The position numbers and the translations under genes are program-made. Shown piece after piece: positions 31,801-40,733 of a stretch of DNA of 64,000 nucleotides. Every line of letters starts with the position of its first letter. Position 1 is the stretch's first letter. The DNA comes from Candidatus Cloacimonadales bacterium. Lineage in GTDB: Bacteria > Cloacimonadota > Cloacimonadia > Cloacimonadales > JAFGVF01. The notes below the pieces were generated by a model. That model had not been told where the DNA came from, made no database searches, and worked only from the letters and a program-made list of their open reading frames with translations. The stretch spans positions 416,001-480,000 of the forward strand of contig CAXXOU010000004.1 in the NCBI GenBank assembly GCA_963677495.2. Direction: 5' to 3'.

Positions 31801-32135
31801 TCTGATGCAGCATTAGCTCCTTCCCAAATTTTAACTGCGTAAGTACATGCAGCTTCTTTTGGGAAGAATTTTACTTCAGTAATTGTAAGGCCTGCATAAG
31901 GTGCAAGACCTGCAACATCCCAACGTACTGCATAGTTTATATCTGCAGCTGCGTTAGTTCCGATACCATCATTATTAGTACCACTATCATAATGCATCCA
32001 ACCGGCTGTTCCGGCAGGATCTGTCCAGGTTACTAAACCTGTGTCTCCATCAACTTCAACATTTGTAGGTGGGTTCTGTGCGAACAAGCCTACTGCTAAG
32101 AAGCAGACGAGTAAAAGAAGAATTGACTTTTTCAT
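28887..32135 (-). CDS. Secreted repeat-domain protein with FlgD/T9SS-like C-terminal sorting domain
   Basis: Signal peptide; three related ~150-aa modules (ELWVG..GPAVAGYGD..NWN) alternating with Fn3-like units; C-terminal NFPNPFNPETTI...SGVYFYKL. Confidence 0.8.
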   Translation of the reverse strand: MKKSILLLLVCFLAVGLFAQNPPTNVEVDGDTGLVTWTDPAGTAGWMHYDSGTNNDGIGTNAAADINYAVRWDVAGLAPYAGLTITEVKFFPKEAACTYAVKIWEGANAASEAVSVAVPNPTIDAWNTITLPTPHVIDGTQELWVGVNANTTTGYPCGCDAGPAVAGYGDMISTGGAWSPISGMGLDYNWNLQAYAMDATGRPVVLERQNVEPMEVETVENPGLMAGNLPTSRNSRELQGFNVYLEGSLIASNVQARSYQLNPADLTPNADFTAGVSAVHDSGESVVVDYTFTFTPAFYGIYPPSNVEVINPGGILTWDQPELPGEWMSWCSDSEGGNGIGLTSGGTFSVASRFDTASLTDYDGQNIVMMRFVPGSADNTYTMKIWTGNDAANLIWSQEITEFDVGVWNEVQLPSPLTIDGTQELWVGYTVNNHAAGAYPASGDEGPAVVGYGDKISTGGTWDNLSDLGDFDYNWSIQAFVFENGTRTAMQLPTPAPQHAEPTITESFTAGAVEVTSRQERSLIGYNIYLDGTQVATGVQNDAYVFDGLASGSNHLAGITAVYHEGESEAVELTFTYMPAGFFYEPTDLAVVQNGSNVDLTWTAPETPDFETMGYSGDENNDAIGFGEPADFDIATRWTLPQLLPYHGMYLSEIEFFAYEAECEYSVRVWTGANASNIIVDEVVASPTIGEWNTYALATPIQIDMTQELWFGLRCNTQGTHPAPVDLGPAVAGYGDMIKSGSAWESIFDSSQGQINGNWNVRGKAVYTVNPTRDADGYEVYHSADGTTYTMLETVTETTYSHTAPVFESFNFYQVKAMYNGSASEPAEANLFVMPDTYETITYDDGMSDEPINAGVTNQMGVKFEGTTDATLRMVHFYLDSVGTAPIIYRIFNNDGNDGMPGTQALQTTVAPANLVEGWNNVLLPEGQEYQDTDDGIFYVCVLETANASAFGKDTGANGNSYLKEGTGAWTMIADGNIMMRATIDLSTDNDDQVAVQKFELNNFPNPFNPETTIKYSVPTTGHTTLKVYNMRGQLVDTLVNGNVTKGSNEIVWSADNHTSGVYFYKLENGGQTKVNKMVLMK

Positions 32136-32179
32136 CAATTTGCCTCCACTTATTATTTCTGGTTGTATCCAAATAAGAT

Positions 32180-32731
32180 CTAATTGAATTCTCTTTCCGA
32201 GAATACTTCCGCTTCAAAACGGAAAATCTTAGTGTTATCGTCTTTCCAGGAGTTTTCGGCTAAACCTGCTTTTCTACAGGTCTCCCGGAGAAATGTTTCG
32301 ACATCAAAACTGTATTCCATAGCAACTTGGGGTAATAATAACCCGGATTGAAAACCCTTTACTATGAAAAGACCATCTCTACCTATTTCAATCTCACCTT
32401 TTTCAGTAACTGCTTCCATCTCACTTAAGATAGAAATCTCAATCTCAAGCTCTGCTAACTCACCAACTCCCACTCTTGGGAATCTCGGATCGTCCGTGGC
32501 TGCAGTAACTGCCATTCTTTTAACTGTGTTATATATTGTATCCACAGCTTTTACAAAACCTATGCAACCTCTCAAGTTGCCATCTTTGTGAAGGGTTACA
32601 AACCCTCCTGCTTTTTTTTGAAAGACTGGATTATCAGGGACTTGAGATAGAATCTCTTGTCCTCTCAAATGTGTTGATATAGACTCTCTCGCTAATCTTA
32701 GAAGAAATCTCTTTTCATCATTTCCTATCAT
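32180..32731 (-). CDS. amrA: AmmeMemoRadiSam system protein A (AMMECR1 family)
   Basis: GFVTLHKDGNLRGCIG, DPRFP, GLLLPQVA. Confidence 0.92.
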   Translation of the reverse strand: MIGNDEKRFLLRLARESISTHLRGQEILSQVPDNPVFQKKAGGFVTLHKDGNLRGCIGFVKAVDTIYNTVKRMAVTAATDDPRFPRVGVGELAELEIEISILSEMEAVTEKGEIEIGRDGLFIVKGFQSGLLLPQVAMEYSFDVETFLRETCRKAGLAENSWKDDNTKIFRFEAEVFSEREFN

Positions 32732-33551
32732 TGTCTACCAAACTTTCCATAACGATTGATGTATATCCTACAACATTATCATAATCCTTGTTTATCTGAC
32801 CTGAATTTGAATAACATAACTTCTTGAACCTTACATCTCCATGTAGTTTTGCTATCTCCATCAATGTCAGAACTCCGCCTAGTCCACAAGCTTCGCATTT
32901 ACCCTCATTCTTAGCTTCATATAGAGCATCTGAATCTCCACTTAGCACATTAAGAATAAAGGTTGTATCTTTCTTCTCAGCAAGATCTGTCGGGAAATAA
33001 TGCGACAAATCAGTTGAGATGATTATCACAGTTTTATCTTCTTTCTCTTTAAATAGCTCTAAAACCTTTTTAGCAAGAAACTTGCTGTTATCTAATGTCT
33101 GCTGGGCAAAGATAATAGGTATTAACTCTGCATCCGGTGCAACCATTTTTATAAAAGGTAATTGCACTTCCAACGAATGTTCTCTTTCGTGAAGAAGTGA
33201 GTCAAAGATAAACTCATCTTGTGATAAAAGTGCTTCAACTCCTTTCCTGTCAACCCTTACTTTGCCAAGAGGAGTTTCATAAAACTTATAATCACCAATT
33301 GAATAAGCTATATGATTTGTACTATGGCTAGGTGCAATTAGTATAACACGCTCAATTTCTTTATCTTGAATAGCTTTGTAACCATATGCTGCACATTGAC
33401 CTGAATAAACATACCCGGCATGAGGAACAATAATCCCTAGAACATTGCCATAGTAGTTAGGTGCATGTCTTAAGAAATCATTCAATTCACGCTTTAGCTC
33501 ATCAGCTTTTCGTGGGTAAAAATGTCCTGCAACATAAGCTTTTCTATTCAT
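32718..33551 (-). CDS. amrB: AmmeMemoRadiSam system protein B (MEMO1 family)
   Basis: AGHFYP, PHAGYVYSG, EHSLEVQLPF, STDLSHY, VVGY. Confidence 0.92.
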   Translation of the reverse strand: MNRKAYVAGHFYPRKADELKRELNDFLRHAPNYYGNVLGIIVPHAGYVYSGQCAAYGYKAIQDKEIERVILIAPSHSTNHIAYSIGDYKFYETPLGKVRVDRKGVEALLSQDEFIFDSLLHEREHSLEVQLPFIKMVAPDAELIPIIFAQQTLDNSKFLAKKVLELFKEKEDKTVIIISTDLSHYFPTDLAEKKDTTFILNVLSGDSDALYEAKNEGKCEACGLGGVLTLMEIAKLHGDVRFKKLCYSNSGQINKDYDNVVGYTSIVMESLVDNDRK

Positions 33552-33670
33552 TATATATTGTACGTCCTTAGAGTTTTCTCAATGTTATTCAGCTATAGTT
33601 TATTTATCAAGAACTTTTTTCATATACAATGATTCAACCTTTAGTTAACGCTGATTGATCCTATAGTTTT

Positions 33671-34954
33671 TTAGAGATTATCTTTCTCTTTTAAAACCTC
33701 TGCGACAGTGTATAAAGAACCACACACTATGATTATATCACCATCCTTCGCTTCGTCTATCAGCCTTTTTACAGCATCAGAAAGAGATATATTAGTTTGA
33801 AATGGAATATCTGTATTTTCAACTACTGGAATTAAATCTTCCACTAAAGCTGAACGTTGGGATTTACTTTGAGAAATCGTGAATGATTCAGCTACTTCTG
33901 CCATTGTGTTTAGCATGAAATCATAAGGTTTATCTCTTAAGATTGCTGTTATAAACTTGAACTTCTTTCCAGGGAAAATCTCTTTTAGATTCTTGATAAG
34001 AAAAGTTAAACCCTCTTTGTTATGAGCTCCATCGAGGATTACTAATGGTTCCCTACTTAAGATTTGCATTCGGCCTTGCCAATTAACTTTATTCAAACCG
34101 GTTCTGAGTATCTTCTCGTCCCAAGCTTTTCCTATCTTTTCCAAGTATAGAAGATAACAAGTTAAGGCTACCGCTGCATTAAAAGCTTGATGTTCACCTA
34201 AGAGATTAATCATCATATCTTTTAATTCAACCCCTAAATGCGGGAAACTATAGTCAAAGTGAGTGCCATCTGCGTCTAATCGAATATTGGAAACAGTGTA
34301 CTCTTTATTATATCTGAATATTGGGGCATTCATCTCTGTAGCTTTACGCTCTATTACTTCCAATGCTTCAGGGACTATATTGCCTGTTACAACAGGAACC
34401 TTATTCTTAATAATCCCTGCTTTTTCATAGGCAATCTTCTCAATGGTGCCACCAAGGCTCTTCACATGATCAAGTGCAATACTGGTGATTGCTGTTACTG
34501 TAGAGTTGAATGGTTTTGTACCATCTAATCTACCACCCAGGCCAACTTCAAAAATAGCAACGTCCAGTTGCTTCTTGGCAAAAAGATAGAAGGCCATTGA
34601 GGTTGTGATTTCAAAGAAGGAGGCTTCGGTTTCTTCAATAATATCTTCCCACTTTTTATAAGTTTCTAAAATCTCATCGTATGTAATATTCTTACCATTG
34701 ATTCTAAAACGTTCCATATACTCAACAAGGTGTGGGGAGGAGTTAAAACCTGTTGTAAATCCTTGTTCAAGAGCAAGAGCTTCCAGAGTTGCGCAAGTAG
34801 AACCTTTCCCATTGGTACCACCAACATGAAAACCTTTTAGTTTCATGTTAGGATTTCCCATAATATCCATAACTTTGTGCATCCGGTCAAGTCCGAGCTT
34901 CACATTCCCGGAGTATCTTTGATATATATATTCTAAAAGTTTATCGTATTCCAT
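33671..34954 (-). CDS. folC: Folylpolyglutamate synthase/dihydrofolate synthase
   Basis: HVGGTNGKGS, SPHL, EVGLGGRLD, DGAHN, CGSLY. Confidence 0.95.
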   Translation of the reverse strand: MEYDKLLEYIYQRYSGNVKLGLDRMHKVMDIMGNPNMKLKGFHVGGTNGKGSTCATLEALALEQGFTTGFNSSPHLVEYMERFRINGKNITYDEILETYKKWEDIIEETEASFFEITTSMAFYLFAKKQLDVAIFEVGLGGRLDGTKPFNSTVTAITSIALDHVKSLGGTIEKIAYEKAGIIKNKVPVVTGNIVPEALEVIERKATEMNAPIFRYNKEYTVSNIRLDADGTHFDYSFPHLGVELKDMMINLLGEHQAFNAAVALTCYLLYLEKIGKAWDEKILRTGLNKVNWQGRMQILSREPLVILDGAHNKEGLTFLIKNLKEIFPGKKFKFITAILRDKPYDFMLNTMAEVAESFTISQSKSQRSALVEDLIPVVENTDIPFQTNISLSDAVKRLIDEAKDGDIIIVCGSLYTVAEVLKEKDNL

Positions 34955-35253
34955 TTTTAAACTCCTTCCAAATAACACTCAATATTTATAATGACTTAAG
35001 AAAACAAGTTAAGTTTTTGGTCAATATAAATGAATGGATTTATGTATACAGTTTGTTAGCTAACTTTTACATTAGAGTCACTTTACTAACAAGTCTCTTC
35101 TAGTCGTAAAAGAAATGAATTATCCAAGAGCGTAATATACTTTCCTTGAATGCCTGTTAACAACAATGTAAAGAAGCCTAATTCTAGCTTAACAGATTAC
35201 ATTTGTGTTGACAATCTATGCACCGTACTTTCTTTTCTAACCGAGAGGTTATT

Positions 35254-37074
35254 ATGAAAAAATCGATACTAATAGTTTTAGCTATATTGTTAACATTGAG
35301 TCTGAGAGCAGAAGAGGGAGTGAAGATGGATAGATTAGATTGGTTTAAGGATGCAAAGCTTGGTATTTTCATCCATTGGGGTATATATTCAGTGAACGGG
35401 ATTGATGAATCCTGGTCTTTTTATAACAACTATATCCCATATGAAGACTACATGAAGCAAGCATCAAGATTCACAGCAAAGAAATATAAACCCAAAAGCT
35501 GGGCAAAGCTAATCAAATCTACAGGTGCAAAATATGCTGTACTAACTACCAAACATCATGATGGTATAGCATTATGGGACACCAAACTAAGTGAACTTAA
35601 TGTGCTTGAAAAGACTCCAGCAGGAAAGGATTTGGTAGAACCTTTCTGTAAAGCTTTACGAGATGAAGATATTAAAGTTGGACTATATTATTCACTTATA
35701 GATTGGTCAGATCATCGATACCCAAATTTCCTTATTAACAAGAAACGTTATGAGAAGGATGAACGTAAATGGAGTGAGTTTGTTGAGTTCTATCAAGGAC
35801 AGTTAGAAGAGTTATCTACAATGTATAACCCTGATCTTTACTGGTTTGATGGAGATTGGGAGTTTACAGCAGAAGAGTGGAAGGCAGAAGAACTTAAAGA
35901 GAAGCTTTTGACTTGGAATCCTAATGTTATTACCAACTCAAGACTACAGGGGTACGGTGATTATGAAACTCCGGAACAGGGAGTGCCAATCAATAAGCCT
36001 GATAGTGAAACTTGGGAACTATGTTTAACAATGAATGATTCCTGGGGTTATCAGCATAACGACAAAAACTACAAGTCACCTTATGAAATTATTCATACAT
36101 TTGTTGATTGTATCTCTATGGGAGGCAATCTACTTCTTGATATTGGACCTAAAGAGGATGGCTCAATACCGGATGAGCAAGTCGAGATTTTGGAAGAACT
36201 TGCACGCTGGAATAGAAAGCATTATGAAGCTGTTTTTGAAAGTGATGCCGGGATTGATAGAAAACACACTGATTATCCAACAACTCTTTCAAAGGATAAG
36301 AGATCATTGTATATTTTCTTACCACATACACCGACAATCTTTGTTCCTTTGAGAATTAGAGGATTGCAATCAGAAGTTGTATCATGCACTATTCTTGATA
36401 AAAAGAATACTCCTCTCAAATGGGAGAAACGTAACTCTAATCTGATAATAGAAGCTCCTAGTGCAGAACTTGATCCTATGATGAGCGTTATAAAAGTTAC
36501 ATTGAATACAGAAATAGAACTTACTGATGAGTTTGACTTGAATATAAACTCTATTATCTCAGAGGATTATAGGGCATTTAAAGGCTTTGGTTTAATTGCA
36601 CAGGACTATATTGAACTAGCAACAAAGGCAACTGTAAATGATACTATGCTTAGTTCAATATCAGAACAGATATTTAAAGATTACAGCATCGATAGCCCCA
36701 ATCCATTCTACTTCACTACCCTTGATCTAAAGAAGTGGATAAACAAAAATCAAGAAGCCTTTTTCAATGCCCAACCCGGACTCCCCGAAGGTTACTTCCA
36801 AGGTCGTACTTCTTTATCTGAAAATAGAGATGTACTGTTCCTTTATGTACCGGGTAAAGCAAATGGCTCAATTGCAATCAAGGGATTGAAGAACAAAATC
36901 AACCGTATCCGTGTTGTTGGCTCAGGTGTAAAACTTTCATGGGATATTCACAACAAACTCTATTGGAATGAGAAGCCCGGAATTGTCTATATCGATCTGC
37001 CGAAATCAGAATGCGATGACTTCATGACCATTATCGCTGTTCAACTGAATGGTGAGATTGAATTGGAGGAGTAG
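35254..37074 (+). CDS. Alpha-L-fucosidase (GH29), secreted
   Basis: WFKDAKLGIFIHWGIYS, TTKHHDG, WFDGDW nucleophile, GNLLLDIGP; signal peptide. Confidence 0.92.
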   Translation: MKKSILIVLAILLTLSLRAEEGVKMDRLDWFKDAKLGIFIHWGIYSVNGIDESWSFYNNYIPYEDYMKQASRFTAKKYKPKSWAKLIKSTGAKYAVLTTKHHDGIALWDTKLSELNVLEKTPAGKDLVEPFCKALRDEDIKVGLYYSLIDWSDHRYPNFLINKKRYEKDERKWSEFVEFYQGQLEELSTMYNPDLYWFDGDWEFTAEEWKAEELKEKLLTWNPNVITNSRLQGYGDYETPEQGVPINKPDSETWELCLTMNDSWGYQHNDKNYKSPYEIIHTFVDCISMGGNLLLDIGPKEDGSIPDEQVEILEELARWNRKHYEAVFESDAGIDRKHTDYPTTLSKDKRSLYIFLPHTPTIFVPLRIRGLQSEVVSCTILDKKNTPLKWEKRNSNLIIEAPSAELDPMMSVIKVTLNTEIELTDEFDLNINSIISEDYRAFKGFGLIAQDYIELATKATVNDTMLSSISEQIFKDYSIDSPNPFYFTTLDLKKWINKNQEAFFNAQPGLPEGYFQGRTSLSENRDVLFLYVPGKANGSIAIKGLKNKINRIRVVGSGVKLSWDIHNKLYWNEKPGIVYIDLPKSECDDFMTIIAVQLNGEIELEE

Positions 37075-37149
37075 TTCAACATTGTATGTCGAAAGCTTAT
37101 AGTTAATAGCCTATAGCCTATAGTAAATTATACGACTTTAGTCGTCTTT

Positions 37150-37296
37150 ACCGGGTACGCGGACATCCCTGTCCGCATCTGTTTTGTACTTCGACGTTGC
37201 ACGTCGAACTTAGAACGACGTATTATGCCGTTGTGTAATGTAGTAAACCGAACACCCCTTTTCGGGCTTTGGTAGTGCAAGTGTCCCCACTTGCAC
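37150..37296. repeat. Cluster of GTAC/GTAG-initiated REP-like hairpins
   Basis: GTACGCGGACATCCCTGTCCGC (37155), GTACTTCGACGTTGCACGTCGAA (37186), GTAGTGCAAGTGTCCCCACTTGCAC (37272). Confidence 0.65.
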
Positions 37297-37339
37297 ATAG
37301 CTCGTTGAGAGCTATAACAGGGAAGCCAATCGTGTTCTG

Positions 37340-37460
37340 AAACTAGTATTGACAGCATAATCATAAACATAGTTTTACGTTTAAACGTATGGTCGCTAAG
37401 TTTTGGTCAGTGGAATCTGCCGACGTTGTCGGCACAGCAACTCAGGAGAGTCGCAGTACA
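37340..37460. repeat. Direct repeat, copy 1 (~121 nt) ending in REP-like hairpins
   Basis: Near-identical to 38172-38293; the 3' part TGCCGACGTTGTCGGCACAGCAACTCAGGAGAGTCGCAGTACA is identical. Confidence 0.9.
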
Positions 37461-37464
37461 CTTC

Positions 37465-37917
37465 TCATACAATCCAACTATCCAAACTCTGATATCTCGT
37501 CACCTTTGGTAGAAGCTCATTCTCAACAGCTTCACTGATTGTTCTGATTGGTAGGGCATTATCAATAATGTAAGTAATATCAATTGTCTTCAAATCAATC
37601 TCCGGATGTAGCTTCTTGAGTTTATACATCATAATCGTAAAGACATTGTAGGCATTATAGATACATTTTTCACCTACTGTCTCCAAGTTTCTGTTTGTTG
37701 CATAGTCCATTAGGTCGATTCTGTAAGCATCAGATGTGCTGTGATATAACCGACTAAGGTTTTGTGACTGGTTCTTAAGTGTGATGTTAGTATGGTCAAT
37801 CTTTCTTCTCTTGTATGCTCTTGCAATCAATACATCGCTTTTACGGTACCTATAAAACACGAGCTTGCCGATTTTGCCTACCAGTGCTCTGGTTATTGTG
37901 TCTAATTGAACTCTCAT
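37465..37917 (-). CDS. Hypothetical 150-aa protein with a basic N-terminus
   Basis: AAGGAG RBS; N-terminal GKIGKLVFYRYRK; homologous C-terminal fragment at 53605-53772. Confidence 0.8.
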   Translation of the reverse strand: MRVQLDTITRALVGKIGKLVFYRYRKSDVLIARAYKRRKIDHTNITLKNQSQNLSRLYHSTSDAYRIDLMDYATNRNLETVGEKCIYNAYNVFTIMMYKLKKLHPEIDLKTIDITYIIDNALPIRTISEAVENELLPKVTRYQSLDSWIV

Positions 37918-38171
37918 TTCTCTCTCCTTTGTTTAAAATCAACATTTAGCATTTAGCATTTCTAACCCCTCTATTAACATAACTATCAGAAAACACTAAC
38001 TTGTATCAGAATTATTGGCATTTTTTAATTCCTCTATAATTATATAGGAATAATTTCTTGCTTTGAGGAATAAAGATATCATATTTTTTTAGGTCCTCTA
38101 TAACTATACTGGGGGAAAAAGGAGTTGATTTAGTGAAAAGAGAGTAGTTTTTTTACTTGAATGGTGCTCAA

Positions 38172-38293
38172 AAACTAGTATTGACATGTATAATCATAAA
38201 CATAGTTCTATGTTTAAACTTATGGTTTCTAAGTCTCGGTCAGTGGAAGCTGCCGACGTTGTCGGCACAGCAACTCAGGAGAGTCGCAGTACA
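38172..38293. repeat. Direct repeat, copy 2 (~122 nt)
   Basis: Matches 37340-37460. Confidence 0.9.
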
Positions 38294-38387
38294 TGTACTC
38301 GACCACAATTAATCAGTCTTTACATGTGCGATCAAGGATAATCGCTTAATATATAAACCAGCATTTCAAGCACTTCGGTGCTGGGTA

Positions 38388-38499
38388 AATCTGAGATATT
38401 TAACCGCGGATGAACCACAGGTAAACCACGCCCAAACGGCGGGAGGCGTGGTTAACCCGTGGTTTACCCCTGGTCAACCCGTTGTCAACTGCCAGACTT
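38388..38499. repeat. Fold-back element with 11-nt-period arms
   Basis: AACC(G/A)C at 38402/38413/38424; CGTGGTT-like at 38447/38458/38469/38480. Confidence 0.8.
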
Positions 38500-38553
38500 G
38501 TGACATGGATAACACAGTCGATTCAGATGATTGTTGAAATCAGTTTTCATAAA

Positions 38554-40509
38554 CTAATTATTACCTAAAGGGAATGTTATCTCGAACCTTGTTCCTTTTC
38601 CAACTTCGCTAAAACATTGAATGGAACCGGACTGTTTGTTAACAAGTTCTTTCACAAGTACCATGCCCATACCTACACCCTTTTCATTAGCTGTACCTAT
38701 AATAGAATCTGAAACCAGCTCAAAGATTGTGTCAGCTTTTTCTTGTGGCATACCAACACCTGAATCTTTAATTGTTAAAATCAAGCTCTGAACATCCCTT
38801 TCTTCAGAAACTACAATTTTACCACTTTCTGTTGAGTATTTAATGGCATTTTGAACAATGTTCCTGAAAATAGTTTTTAATGAGATATACTCAGCAGTGA
38901 TTGTTGAATTGCTTGCAATACTGTTCTCAATAAAAACACCTTTGTCTTTAAGACGTTTCTTAAAGAAGTTTATAATCTCTTCAAAACAATCAAAAAGATA
39001 TATCTCCTCTTTTGATCTTTCAAGTCCGGATATTACTTCTTTACTCCAGCCAACAAGATCTTCTGTCAATTTGTATGTTTTGCTAACAGTCTCTTTTATG
39101 TTAATCAAAACCACATCATCATGATAGAAGTCGTCAGGTTTATCAATGAGTTGTAACATCTGGTCAACAATACCCATCGGTCCCCTTATATCATGAGTTA
39201 TAATAGAGATCAATTTATCACGTATGCTCTTCTCCTCTTTAAGGTTAGCTAGATTATTTATGAGAAGTGCTTTATCATGCGCAAGTTCGTAATTTAAGTA
39301 TTTAAGCTCATTCAGTTTCTCTTGATAAGCAGAAAGAGCAATAGAATCGTTACTTTCATTTAATGTGGAGTTTATATCTTCTATGGAAGTAGCGTATGCA
39401 TCAGTTCTACTTTTCTTTAAAAACTCATTGTAGTTGGTAGACCATTCTAATGCTTGTTCAAACTCTCCAATAGCTTTGTAATAGCTAATTCTTAAATCAG
39501 GTAAATTCATATGAAACTTGTCATCTGTAAGAGTATCTGATAAGTCTAGGTATTTCTTCACTGTATCATAATCTTCTAGCTTCATAGAACAGCTCATAAT
39601 CATCTGATAGAAGTTTAAGCGTTCATGGTTACTTTCTTTAGACTCTACCAGCTCAAGTACACTCATTAACAGATCAAGTGCTTCTTGATACTTCTCTAAA
39701 GTATAAAGGTAGGAGCTCTTTATTCTCGTGTTAGCAAAACTATAATGTAGGTAGTAACTGTTGATACTAGTTTCTGAAAGCTTAAAATTGGGTTGAAGTT
39801 CATTAAATTGCTTATCAAATCTATCAAGATACTCTTTAGCATTTTCTGGTTCATTCATTAGAATATGACATGAAGCAAGATTATTAAAAATAAGAGGTAA
39901 TAATTTACTTTTATCCGGCTCAGAGATAGTATCAATTGCCATAAGAAAATAGTGAATAGCTTGATCGAAATTGCTTAGTGCCATATAGGTTACACCAATA
40001 TTGGTCAGAATTCTATAGAAGAGAGGGGACTCATCCTGATTATACTTGTTTGAAAATGTGTATGCTTGCATTAAATGCCATAAAGCTTTTCGATATTCAG
40101 CACGGTTCTTGTAGATAACAGCAATGTTTGAGTGAACATCCATTAGCAACTCATTTGTATCCTCACTAGTACAGTTACGGAGAGCTTCCTGATAATAATG
40201 GAGTGATTCATCAAGCTTACTGAGCTGAGATTTAATAATACCAAGGTTAGAGAAGAATCTGACCTTCTGCTCCTGTTCACCAAAATCTCTAACTATATCA
40301 ATACTTTTCTCAGCAGTAATCTCCAGTGATTTAAAGTCATATGTAAACACGAAATCGGAATGCAACTGTAATAGGATTAAATCAATACCCTCTTTACTTG
40401 GTAAAGTATACTTGGACTTTAATTCTAACATAAGATTTTTGAAGGCAGACTTATCCTGTGTTGCTATGTATTGTTTTAGTTCTTTCTTTTCCTGTTTGAA
40501 GCTCATCAC
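38554..40509 (-). CDS. TPR-repeat cytoplasmic sensor histidine kinase
   Basis: TPR motifs (SNLGII, TNIGVTY); H-box ITHDIRGP; N-box NIVQNAIKYS; DSGVGM and GVGMG boxes. Confidence 0.9.
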   Translation of the reverse strand: MMSFKQEKKELKQYIATQDKSAFKNLMLELKSKYTLPSKEGIDLILLQLHSDFVFTYDFKSLEITAEKSIDIVRDFGEQEQKVRFFSNLGIIKSQLSKLDESLHYYQEALRNCTSEDTNELLMDVHSNIAVIYKNRAEYRKALWHLMQAYTFSNKYNQDESPLFYRILTNIGVTYMALSNFDQAIHYFLMAIDTISEPDKSKLLPLIFNNLASCHILMNEPENAKEYLDRFDKQFNELQPNFKLSETSINSYYLHYSFANTRIKSSYLYTLEKYQEALDLLMSVLELVESKESNHERLNFYQMIMSCSMKLEDYDTVKKYLDLSDTLTDDKFHMNLPDLRISYYKAIGEFEQALEWSTNYNEFLKKSRTDAYATSIEDINSTLNESNDSIALSAYQEKLNELKYLNYELAHDKALLINNLANLKEEKSIRDKLISIITHDIRGPMGIVDQMLQLIDKPDDFYHDDVVLINIKETVSKTYKLTEDLVGWSKEVISGLERSKEEIYLFDCFEEIINFFKKRLKDKGVFIENSIASNSTITAEYISLKTIFRNIVQNAIKYSTESGKIVVSEERDVQSLILTIKDSGVGMPQEKADTIFELVSDSIIGTANEKGVGMGMVLVKELVNKQSGSIQCFSEVGKGTRFEITFPLGNN

Positions 40510-40733
40510 TCCTCCCGAAACAAACTATAACATTAACGGCGTTTGTGTCAATGTTTGAAAGTGATCTCCATTCATTTTGCTGAGTGCTAAGATCCAATAA
40601 TTACTACAAAATGTACCGGTAGTAATTGTTAAGAGAAGGTGTTTAGAAACCCTTACAGTTTCTTGAATTATAAAACAATTGACATTAGGGACAATACAAA
40701 AAGTTTGAAATCATTAATAATCCGGGAGAAGAG

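Noticed and set aside
37100..37960. Short heptamer runs (TAGCCTA near 37107, CATTTAG near 37943; also TAATT-based near 2581)
   Set aside because: Only 2-3 units in AT-rich DNA; too weak to call a feature
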